35,406 nt of DNA from Hyphomicrobiales bacterium. GTDB taxonomy: Bacteria > Pseudomonadota > Alphaproteobacteria > Rhizobiales > Aestuariivirgaceae. Below are positions 26,740 through 34,761 of this stretch, one piece after another. The first letter of the stretch is position 1. Each line of letters starts with the position of its first letter. The translations under genes and the position numbers were made by a program. Under the pieces are notes generated by a model. The model searched no databases and was not told the DNA's origin. It saw only the letters and a list, made by a program, of their open reading frames with translations. The stretch is taken from assembly GCA_031376985.1 (NCBI GenBank), contig JANMEM010000013.1, positions 1 through 35,406 of the forward strand. The letters are read 5' to 3'.

Positions 26740-26945
26740 ATATTGCTGATCAGGTCATGGACGAGACGTACCAAAACAATCGTCCGCCTCCGCTGGAGGT
26801 ACCTAACCGGGTGGGACGCCCGGCGGCATCTGCGAAGGTTTCGGGCGTGACGACGCCTGATGCCTTCGTAAACCCCTGATAAGGGTTCGGGCGAGAGTTG
26901 GGCCGCTCATCACTCCGGCCAAGCGACCCGCGGGGTGGTCGTGTT
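26740..26945 (+). ncRNA. Candidate structured non-coding RNA (family not recognised)
   Basis: Seven consecutive hairpins directly downstream of the LexA-boxed promoter. Several G-U pairs work only on the + strand. Confidence 0.6.
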
Positions 26946-27003
26946 GCGATGTTGAACGGGATATTTGCGTGTGGTTGTGGCGTTTATGATATCAAAATCT
27001 GTC

Positions 27004-27037
27004 TTGCATAAAAATTCAGATAGTGTATAAAAATGCC
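27004..27037 (+). promoter_or_regulatory. Promoter of cluster II with tandem candidate SorC-family operators
   Basis: TTGCAT (27004-27009), 16 bp, TATAAA (27026-27031). Repeats TGCATAAAAATTCA (27005-27018) and TGTATAAAAATGCC (27024-27037). Confidence 0.6.
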
Positions 27038-27055
27038 ACTGACCCCCGAGGTAAC

Positions 27056-28453
27056 ATGGCACCTGCACATACATTGTCTGATCCGACGGACCTCGATGGT
27101 CTGCGCCGCTTTCTGAAAGCGGAAGATGTTGAATCGCGGTTACTGCCTTTGGAAATGTTGCGGGTTGAGATTTCCGCTGACGCGCATTTGAAGCTGGAGG
27201 CAGCGGTAGCAGAGGCGCTTCCCGCACGGGAACGTGCCGCGATCGTTCTTCTCACAGACACTTCGGCGATCATGCGCGGCGCGCAAAATCTTGGCACGCT
27301 TGTGCAGTCGCAGCTCGTATCTCATAGCGTGAAGACTGTCATTCTCGACGGTGGACACGCAACGCTGCATGCTGACGAGTTAACAATCGACGTTGCCGCA
27401 GAGGCTGTGAAAGGCGCTGACCTCATCATCACAATCGGCTCCGGCACTATGACCGATGTGGGCAAAATGGCGGCCACACGCAATGGCGGCATTCCACAGA
27501 TCGTAGTGCAAACTGCGGCATCGGTTGATGGCTTTACCGATAATGTGTCGGTAATTTTGCGAAACGGTGTCAAACGTACTGTGCCCTCGCGCTGGCCGAC
27601 CATTGTTCTTGCCGACACGACGACGATTGGTGGCGCACCACGCGAATTGAATACGTCCGGTTTCGGTGAGGCGATTTCACTTTTTACCGCTCCTGCCGAT
27701 TGGTACCTCGCCAATCTAGTCGGCCTCGACTACACCTTTCACCCGGCCTCGATGGAACTGCTGAAAGCGGCCGCAGCTGAACCACCGACTTGGGCTGCGG
27801 GTGTTGCGACGGGTGATGCGACAGCCATCCACGAATTGACCAAGCTTCTTGCGTTGCGTGGAATAGTCTCGGGCGTTTCCAATACGACTGCATGCCTGTC
27901 GGGTGTTGAACATGTGATCAGCCATATGTTGGACCTGCACCACGCAGCCCACCACCAACCCATTGGCCTGCATGGTGCACAAGTTGGTGTGGCAACGCTG
28001 GTGGCGACCAAGTTGTGGCGTCGGGTGATTGATGGTGATTTGGTTCAGCCTGCACGATTGAAAAAGCCGGATGCTGCAATTTTGGAAGCGCGGGTCCGCA
28101 AATCCTTCGGACATCTTGATGCGTCCATCGCCGAAGAGTGTCTGCGCGATTGTCTGAAGAAGCAGGCGCTGATCGAACGGAATTGGACACGCTTTGTGTC
28201 AGTCGTTCAGAACTGGAAACAGCATTGTGCTGAGTTCGACAAGATGGTGCAGCCGCCGGAAAAATTGCGGCCTGCATTGGTGGCCTCTGGCGCGCCCGCA
28301 ACATTTGATAAACTCAACCCGTCGATCACACCGGACCTTGCCCGCTGGGCTGTTTCCAATTGTTTTGTCATGCGCAACCGCTTCAACCTTGTTGATCTGC
28401 TGGACCTCATGGGATTGTGGACTGATGAGATGGTGGATTGGGTGCTGGCATGA
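27056..28453 (+). CDS. sn-glycerol-1-phosphate dehydrogenase-like (AraM/EgsA; DHQS/Fe-ADH superfamily) protein
   Basis: IGSGTMTDVGK, TAASVDGFT, SGVEHVISHMLD, LHGAQVGV. GAGGT RBS before the ATG at 27056. Confidence 0.85.
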   Translation: MAPAHTLSDPTDLDGLRRFLKAEDVESRLLPLEMLRVEISADAHLKLEAAVAEALPARERAAIVLLTDTSAIMRGAQNLGTLVQSQLVSHSVKTVILDGGHATLHADELTIDVAAEAVKGADLIITIGSGTMTDVGKMAATRNGGIPQIVVQTAASVDGFTDNVSVILRNGVKRTVPSRWPTIVLADTTTIGGAPRELNTSGFGEAISLFTAPADWYLANLVGLDYTFHPASMELLKAAAAEPPTWAAGVATGDATAIHELTKLLALRGIVSGVSNTTACLSGVEHVISHMLDLHHAAHHQPIGLHGAQVGVATLVATKLWRRVIDGDLVQPARLKKPDAAILEARVRKSFGHLDASIAEECLRDCLKKQALIERNWTRFVSVVQNWKQHCAEFDKMVQPPEKLRPALVASGAPATFDKLNPSITPDLARWAVSNCFVMRNRFNLVDLLDLMGLWTDEMVDWVLA

Positions 28454-29961
28454 CGCGCGATCTCGTCATTGGCGTGGACTGCTCCACGACGGCCAGCAAA
28501 GCCGTGGTGTGGGACATGCAGGGAAAAATCGCGGCAACGGGTCGGCACGGTTACGGCCTGTCCAACGTCCGCTCAGGCTGGGTGGAGCAAAATGCACTTG
28601 ATTGGTGGACGGCGACGTCGGCGTCACTGGCTGACGTAGCCAAAAAAATTGATACCAGCCGTATCGCTGCCATTGGCGTAACGCATCAGCGCGAGACTTT
28701 TGTATGCCTTGATGCTCAAGGTCATCCTATCCGTTCGGCCATGTCGTGGATGGACGTGCGCGCCACCAAAGAGGTGGAAGAACATGGCACTGATGAAGTT
28801 CATCGCATCACCGGCAAACCACCAAGTCCGAACCCGGCCTGGTACAAATTGCTGTGGCTGAAAAAACATGAACCCGACATCATAGCCAGAACGGCACATG
28901 TTGTGGATGTGGCGGGCTATCTCGTACAGAAATTGACGGGTGAATGGGTCACGTCCTCGGCTTGCGCAGATCCATTGGGCCTCGTTGATCTGCAAACTTT
29001 TGACTATCATGATGGCTTGCTTGAACAGGCGGGGCTTGACCGCAACAAAATGAGCCGATTGTTGCCGCCGGGTGCCATTGCCGGGCATCTGTCAAACGCA
29101 GTGGCGGTTGAAACCGGGCTTCCCGCAGGGCTTCCAGTCATCAGCAGCGCAGGCGACGGCCAATCGGCGGGGCTCGGTTGCAATGTCACGCGCCCGGGTC
29201 GCGCCTATCTCACCATTGGCACAGGCACAGTGTCTGGTGTCTATGCCGAGAAATACAGTCACTCCAACGCGTATCGCACTATGGGCGGACCCATACCCGG
29301 CACGTATATTCTGGAAACCTTTATCGGCGGCGGCACGGCCAATGTTGTGTGGTTCGTCGAACAGATTTTTGGTGCCGATGCAAAGAGCTTGCAGGCGGGT
29401 GTTTCTGCTGAGCAGCATTTGGAGGCGCTTGCAGCGAATATTCCAGAAGGCAGCGAGAAACTGTTGTGCTTGCCCTATTGGACGGGTGCAATGACGCCCT
29501 ATTGGGATGGCCATGCGCGCGGTGCCTATGTTGGTCTTTCTGGCGTTCATAGCAAAGCCCACATGTATCGCGCCATTCTGGAATCCCTTGCACTGGAACA
29601 GCGCTTGTTGACCAGCGGCGTTGAAGCTGCAACAGGCCGCAAACTGGATGAGATCATTTTGATAGGGGGTGGTTCACGCAGCCCGCTGTGGTGCCAGATC
29701 ATTGCCAATGTTTTGGGCCGTACTGTAAGCCTTGCACGCGAGCAGGAAAGTACAGCCCTTGGTGCTGGCATACATGCGGCAGCGGCTGTTGGTCTGTACA
29801 CGGACATTCGTAGTGCTGCTGATGCCATGACGGGGACAGAAAAAATGTTTGAGCCTGATGCCACCTCACATGCGCGCTATGCCGAAATCTTCAAAGCCTT
29901 TCGCAGCATTTATCCTGGCTTGAAAAATACCTTCCGATTGATGGCGGAGAAAATGCCATGA
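28450..29961 (+). CDS. FGGY-family carbohydrate kinase
   Basis: VIGVDCSTTASKA, GWVEQ, THQRETF, AGDGQ, GGGSRS. ATGA overlap with the upstream gene. Confidence 0.92.
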   Translation: MTRDLVIGVDCSTTASKAVVWDMQGKIAATGRHGYGLSNVRSGWVEQNALDWWTATSASLADVAKKIDTSRIAAIGVTHQRETFVCLDAQGHPIRSAMSWMDVRATKEVEEHGTDEVHRITGKPPSPNPAWYKLLWLKKHEPDIIARTAHVVDVAGYLVQKLTGEWVTSSACADPLGLVDLQTFDYHDGLLEQAGLDRNKMSRLLPPGAIAGHLSNAVAVETGLPAGLPVISSAGDGQSAGLGCNVTRPGRAYLTIGTGTVSGVYAEKYSHSNAYRTMGGPIPGTYILETFIGGGTANVVWFVEQIFGADAKSLQAGVSAEQHLEALAANIPEGSEKLLCLPYWTGAMTPYWDGHARGAYVGLSGVHSKAHMYRAILESLALEQRLLTSGVEAATGRKLDEIILIGGGSRSPLWCQIIANVLGRTVSLAREQESTALGAGIHAAAAVGLYTDIRSAADAMTGTEKMFEPDATSHARYAEIFKAFRSIYPGLKNTFRLMAEKMP

Positions 29962-30956
29962 AGAAACCAGCAACCAATCGGTTCACGCGTCTCGACACGC
30001 AGCAGATGCGTTTGATCACACGGGTTGCGCGCCTGCATCATATGCAGGGTTTGCGACAAGCTGAAATTGCTGAGACTCTTCAAATTTCACAAGCCAGCGT
30101 ATCCCGCTTTCTGGCCCTTGCCGAAGAGCACGGCATCGTCCGCACCATTGTGGTGCCGCCGGAAGGCCTCTATCCTGAACTCGAAGAGGGATTAGCAGCG
30201 GCCTACGGGCTGCAGACTGTTTATGTGGTCGATATTACCGCGCGTGAAAGTGGCATTGAACAAATTCTGGGCGCTGCCGCAGCCCAATGTTTGACCAGTG
30301 AATTGTTTGATGCACCACTTCTCGGACTAACCTCGTGGAGCACGACGTTGCGTGAGATGGCCAAGTCCATGCCGATGCAAAATAACACCGGAATTACCCG
30401 CGTTGTTGAATTGCTGGGTGACCTTGGATCACCGCGTTTGCAACATGAGGCCGCTTTGGCCACGCAACAGGTGGCAAGGGCTTTTGATGCTGAAGCGATC
30501 TACCTGCGAACACCTGGCGTTATGCCCAATGCTGAACTTCGTCACATTGCCATAGGCGATGCCCATGTGCGGGCGGCACTGAAATTGATGGATGATGTTG
30601 ATGTGGCGTTTGTCGGTGTTGGCCCTGCCGATTTCCACGGTCCACTGGAAGCGAGCGATAATTTTTTCACGGCGGGTCAGCTTGCTGAGGTGCGGGCCGC
30701 GGGTGCAGCGGGACAATTGCACCAACGCTTTATTAACGCCAAGGGCGAAGCTGTGCAGACAGCGCTTGATGAACAGGTGGTGGGTATCACACTTCCGCAG
30801 TTGCGCAAGGTGCAGCGGAAAATTGCGGTTGCAGGTGGTGCGGCCAAGCATGCAGCGCTGGCGGCGGCTCTTGCCGGAAAATGGATTGATGTGCTTGTCA
30901 CCGATGTGAACAGCGCAAATTATTTGATGAATAATTCGCCAAAAGGAACAACATGA
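29958..30956 (+). CDS. SorC/DeoR (LsrR/EryD-like) sugar-binding transcriptional regulator
   Basis: VARLHHMQGLRQAEIAETLQISQASVSRFL..A...GIV, SWSTTL, VAFVGVG, IAVAGGAAK, IDVLVTD. Confidence 0.92.
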   Translation: MKKPATNRFTRLDTQQMRLITRVARLHHMQGLRQAEIAETLQISQASVSRFLALAEEHGIVRTIVVPPEGLYPELEEGLAAAYGLQTVYVVDITARESGIEQILGAAAAQCLTSELFDAPLLGLTSWSTTLREMAKSMPMQNNTGITRVVELLGDLGSPRLQHEAALATQQVARAFDAEAIYLRTPGVMPNAELRHIAIGDAHVRAALKLMDDVDVAFVGVGPADFHGPLEASDNFFTAGQLAEVRAAGAAGQLHQRFINAKGEAVQTALDEQVVGITLPQLRKVQRKIAVAGGAAKHAALAAALAGKWIDVLVTDVNSANYLMNNSPKGTT

Positions 30957-31939
30957 CAATTCCCAATGACTTTCTGCTTGAAATGCAGCGGCGCATGTTG
31001 CGCATCCGATATTTCGATGAACGCGCTTCCAAGATGGTGAAGCGCGGTGAAATTCCAGGCACAGTTCACACGTCAATTGGCCAGGAGGCGCAGGTTGTCG
31101 GTGCCGCCATGGCCTTGGGGGAGGGTGACTACATGACTGGCAATCACCGCAGCCATGGTCACCCCATCGGCAAGGGTGCGGCGTTGGGTCCGTTGATGGC
31201 CGAGCTTGTGGGCAAGGCTTGGGGCGTGTGTGGTGGCAAAGGTGGCTCCATGCATTTGGCAGATTTCAAAGTGGGAAGCCTTGGCGAGTCAGGTATTGTC
31301 GGTTCATCCATTCCGATAGCAACAGGCGCAGCGCTCTCCAGCAAAGTACTGGGTAATGGTAAAGTGTCGCTGGCTTTCTTTGGTGATGGTGCGGCCAATC
31401 AGGGCTGTCTTTATGAAGCGATGAATATCTCGTCGGTTTGGAAACTGCCGATCATATTTCTGTGCGAGAACAATCAATATGCGCTGTCCACACCGGCCCA
31501 TACAGTGACGGCGGGTGTGTTGGCCAATCGTGCGGCTGGCTTTGATATGCCGGGTGTGCGCGTTGAAGACGGGCAAAGCGTGTTGACTGTCTATGACGCG
31601 GTGAAAACGGCAGTGGATCGCGCCCGTGCAGGCCAAGGCCCAAGCTTTGTTGAAGTTGTCACCTATCGCTTCAACGAGCATTCAGAAGGGTTGCGTCTCG
31701 CCGTTGATTATCGCGACGCCGAACAGAAGGCCGCGTGGTTGCAACGTGATCCCGTCAAACTGTTCCGCGCCCATATGCTGGAACAGAGTATTGCCGACGA
31801 AGCAACACTGGCAGGCCTTGAAGCCGAGGTGATGGCAGAAGTAGATGCGTCCGTGGCCTTCGCCAACGAAAGCCCGTTCCCTGAACTGACTGACGCTTTC
31901 AAAGATATTTACACCGAACCCCTGGGAGCAACACAATGA
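30953..31939 (+). CDS. TPP-dependent dehydrogenase E1 alpha subunit (second copy)
   Basis: GTVHTSIGQEA, GNHRSHGH, GKGGSMH, FGDGA...ENNQY, TYRFNEH. Confidence 0.93.
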   Translation: MTIPNDFLLEMQRRMLRIRYFDERASKMVKRGEIPGTVHTSIGQEAQVVGAAMALGEGDYMTGNHRSHGHPIGKGAALGPLMAELVGKAWGVCGGKGGSMHLADFKVGSLGESGIVGSSIPIATGAALSSKVLGNGKVSLAFFGDGAANQGCLYEAMNISSVWKLPIIFLCENNQYALSTPAHTVTAGVLANRAAGFDMPGVRVEDGQSVLTVYDAVKTAVDRARAGQGPSFVEVVTYRFNEHSEGLRLAVDYRDAEQKAAWLQRDPVKLFRAHMLEQSIADEATLAGLEAEVMAEVDASVAFANESPFPELTDAFKDIYTEPLGATQ

Positions 31940-32946
31940 CCATCATGAGTTATCTGGGTGCCATTGGTGCCGCCCAACGCGAAGCCATGGATGCGGATTC
32001 GCGCGTCATCATCATGGGCGAAGACGTGGAAGCAAACGTCTATGGCACCATGGGTGGAAAGTCCCGCTCCGACAAGGGCGACTTTCTGCAACTGTTCGGC
32101 CCCAACCGCATCCGCAACACACCCATCTCTGAAGAGGTGATGGTGGGGGCGGCGGCTGGTGCGGCGATGACGGGGCTTCGGCCCATCGTTGATCTGTCCT
32201 ACTCAACGTTCCTTTACATGGCGATGGACCAGTTTATCAATCAGGTGGCCAAGAGCCGCTATATGTTTGGTGGCCAGTCCTCCATGCCTGTCGTGTTCCG
32301 CTCTGCCATGTTCTATGGCTTGAGCACGGCAGCGCATCATTCTGATCGGCCATACCCCATGTTCATGAACATGCCGGGTTTGAAAATCATGGTGCCCGCA
32401 TCACCAACAGATGCGAAGGGCTTGTTGCGCAGTGCCATTGATATGGATGACCCTGTGATGTCCTTCGAGGCCTGCATGCTCTGGGGCATGAAGGAAGATG
32501 TGGATGAGGGCGAATTCCGCATTCCCTTCGGCGTGGCCCGCATAGTGAAAGAAGGAACTGACGTTACACTGGTTGCGATTTCGTCGGCGGTGTCTCAAGC
32601 TGTTCTGGCCGCAAAGACGTTGGAAGCAGAAGGCATATCAGTGGAGATCATTGATCCCCGCACGCTGGTGCCGTTTGATTCAGACGCTGTTTTGAATTCC
32701 GTGGCGCGCACTGGTCGGCTCGTGATTGCTGATCCTGCGAATAAAACCTGTGGCGCTGCGGCTGAAATTTCTGCGATTGTTGCCGAGCAGGCATTCGATT
32801 GCCTGAAAGCGCCGATCATGCGGGTGACCACACCTGACACGCATATTCCATTCAGTCCAGCACTCGAAAAACAACTTTACCCCAACGCCTTGAACATCGC
32901 TGATGCGGTGCGCAAGGTTGTTCAAACCAAACCAAGAGGACAGTAA
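31936..32946 (+). CDS. TPP-dependent dehydrogenase E1 beta subunit (second copy)
   Basis: MGEDV, NTPISEE, INQVAK.RYMFGG, AAHHS, IIDPRTLVPFD. Confidence 0.93.
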   Translation: MTIMSYLGAIGAAQREAMDADSRVIIMGEDVEANVYGTMGGKSRSDKGDFLQLFGPNRIRNTPISEEVMVGAAAGAAMTGLRPIVDLSYSTFLYMAMDQFINQVAKSRYMFGGQSSMPVVFRSAMFYGLSTAAHHSDRPYPMFMNMPGLKIMVPASPTDAKGLLRSAIDMDDPVMSFEACMLWGMKEDVDEGEFRIPFGVARIVKEGTDVTLVAISSAVSQAVLAAKTLEAEGISVEIIDPRTLVPFDSDAVLNSVARTGRLVIADPANKTCGAAAEISAIVAEQAFDCLKAPIMRVTTPDTHIPFSPALEKQLYPNALNIADAVRKVVQTKPRGQ

Positions 32947-32947
32947 A

Positions 32948-33187
32948 ATGCCGCGTATCAAAGTTCTTCTTCCCCAATGGGGCATGGGTATGAGTGAAGG
33001 CACCGTCGTCAAATGGCTGAAGGCTGTTGGTGATACGGTGAAGGAAGATGAGCCGCTGGCGGAAGTCGAAGCGGAAAAGGCGACGGAAGTGATCGAGTCA
33101 CCTGCATCCGGAACGCTGAAGGAAATTCTGGTCGAGGCAGGAACCACGGTTGAGGTTCGCACACCTGTCGCCGTCATCGAAATTTAA
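32948..33187 (+). CDS. Stand-alone lipoyl-domain carrier protein (79 aa)
   Basis: LPQWGMGMSEGTVVKWLKAVGD.V...EVEAEKA...SPASGTL, then a clean stop with no further domains. GAGG RBS. Confidence 0.88.
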   Translation: MPRIKVLLPQWGMGMSEGTVVKWLKAVGDTVKEDEPLAEVEAEKATEVIESPASGTLKEILVEAGTTVEVRTPVAVIEI

Positions 33188-33201
33188 GGGGAAGTTACAT
33201 C

Positions 33202-34050
33202 ATGCCAATGGTCAGTCACCGTCAACTCATGTCCGATGCGCAAGCCGGTGGTTATGCCATCGGGGCTTTCAACATGCACAATGAAGAAACCACTGAGGCG
33301 CTGCTGCTTGCAGCCGAACAGGCGAAGGCACCCGTGGTGCTGCAAGTCGGTCGCGCACTTGTGCCGCACGTTGGTTTGAAACGTGGCTTTGAAATGACAA
33401 AGCGCATCGCTGAAAATTCAAATGCGAACTACGTCATTCACTTGGATCACGGCCCGTGGGACGAATGCCTTGAAGCGATCAAGCTGGGTTTCAATTCCAT
33501 CATGTGCGATTTTGCGCATCTGCCGTTTGAAGAGAATATCCGCTGGACGAAGCGCACCGTCGAGATCGCCCACGACTTCGGCATTCCCGTTGAAGCGGAA
33601 CTGGGCAAGATCCCGGATGTGGGCCAGAGTGTAAACTGGGAGGACTATTACACCACTGTCGAAGAGGCTCAGCGTTTCGTGGCGGAAACCGGCGTTGATT
33701 ATCTCGCCATCTCCGTCGGCATTGTGCATGGCGTCATCCCCGGTTTGAAACCCGAACCCTTGTCGATCAAGCGCACACTTGAAATCCGCGATGTCACCAA
33801 TATTCCGCTGGTGCTGCATGGTGCATCAGGTGTGCCCGAAGAGGAAGTGCAAGCTGCGAAGAAAGCGGGCGTACACAAGTTCAATGCTGACACCGATCTC
33901 CGCCACCTGTTCCGCCAAGGCATTTTGGATGTCTGGTCCAAAGGCGATCACCAGTTGGAAGAAGCCATGGCCGAGGGCAGGAAGCGCATGATTGTTGGCA
34001 CCATCGAAAAGATGGAACTTTATGGCTGTGCCGGAAAAGCGAAGGCCTGA
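33202..34050 (+). CDS. Class II fructose/tagatose-bisphosphate aldolase family protein (second copy)
   Basis: YAIGAFN, IHLDHG, VEAELG, GIVHG, LVLHGASG, KFNADTDLR. Confidence 0.92.
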   Translation: MPMVSHRQLMSDAQAGGYAIGAFNMHNEETTEALLLAAEQAKAPVVLQVGRALVPHVGLKRGFEMTKRIAENSNANYVIHLDHGPWDECLEAIKLGFNSIMCDFAHLPFEENIRWTKRTVEIAHDFGIPVEAELGKIPDVGQSVNWEDYYTTVEEAQRFVAETGVDYLAISVGIVHGVIPGLKPEPLSIKRTLEIRDVTNIPLVLHGASGVPEEEVQAAKKAGVHKFNADTDLRHLFRQGILDVWSKGDHQLEEAMAEGRKRMIVGTIEKMELYGCAGKAKA

Positions 34051-34761
34051 GTGAGCAATCCCTTCGGCGGGCCTTTCCGTTTAATTGACGATACGGAATT
34101 GCCTGCCGAAGCAAGACCTTCACCAGGCGAGTATGCGGTGTGGGTGCAGCACCAGCTTGCAAATTTGGAACCCGGTGATCAAGGCGTTCTGCGTTTGCGC
34201 CGTCCTCGCCCGACCGCTGCATTCTCGCCACAAGATACAACACACCCCGAGTATGAGAATATCAGGCGACAAGCCCGGGCCAATGGCTTTGAGCCGATAG
34301 AGCGCGGCACGGGCGGCAGGCTGACTATGTTTGATGAACACGCACTGGCGATCACCATCATCTCGCCCCATGCCGACCCGCATCAACACACGATCAAGCG
34401 CTATGACGTTTTTGCGGGAGCGATCGCTGATGCACTGGTGACGCTTGGCATGGACGCGCGCATCGGCGAATTGCCAAATGAATACTGCCCGGGAAGATTC
34501 AGCATCAATGCCGAGGGACGGATCAAGCTTGTCGGCATCGCACAGCGCATGAACCGCCGTTGCATTCAAATGGGTGCAATCATTGCGGTTGGACGATCAG
34601 AAAAAGCCTGTGCTGCAATTGCAGAAGCCTATGACGCCATGGGCCTTCCTTTCGACGCAACAACTTACGGCGCTATCAACGAGCTGCATCCCGACGTGAC
34701 ATATCATGACGTGCGGGATGCCCTGCTTGCCTCGGTCAGGGCGACGCTAGAGCGGGCCTGA
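34051..34761 (+). CDS. Lipoate-protein ligase family (BPL/LplA/LipB fold), LipL-like
   Basis: RGTGG, EYCPGRFSIN, KLVGIAQR. Single domain with no LplA C-terminal domain. Confidence 0.8.
   Translation: MSNPFGGPFRLIDDTELPAEARPSPGEYAVWVQHQLANLEPGDQGVLRLRRPRPTAAFSPQDTTHPEYENIRRQARANGFEPIERGTGGRLTMFDEHALAITIISPHADPHQHTIKRYDVFAGAIADALVTLGMDARIGELPNEYCPGRFSINAEGRIKLVGIAQRMNRRCIQMGAIIAVGRSEKACAAIAEAYDAMGLPFDATTYGAINELHPDVTYHDVRDALLASVRATLERA

Noticed and set aside
26757-26879. 40-codon ORF (MDETYQNNRPPP...), listed as 26670-26879 in the ORF track
   Set aside because: No properly spaced RBS, no recognisable motif, and its sequence is fully explained by GC-rich stems. The longer version runs through the promoter. 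Not strictly excluded without ribosome profiling.
26740-26945. Structured segment as retron msr/msd, group II intron piece, HDV-like ribozyme or metabolite riboswitch
   Set aside because: No reverse transcriptase nearby, no domain V signature, stem order does not fit the HDV nested pseudoknot, and the downstream operon has its own promoter 3' of the segment.
24119-30956. AI-2 lsr system (LsrK-like kinase, LsrR-like regulator, LsrG-like ABM protein)
   Set aside because: Only family-level resemblance. The transporter is MalK-type rather than LsrABCD-type, and the aldolases are class II rather than LsrF.
19071-33187. Housekeeping pyruvate or branched-chain 2-oxoacid dehydrogenase, or apiose-type split transketolase
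   Set aside because: No classical E2 catalytic domain or E3. Motifs and adjacent lipoyl domains indicate E1-type rather than transketolase subunits.
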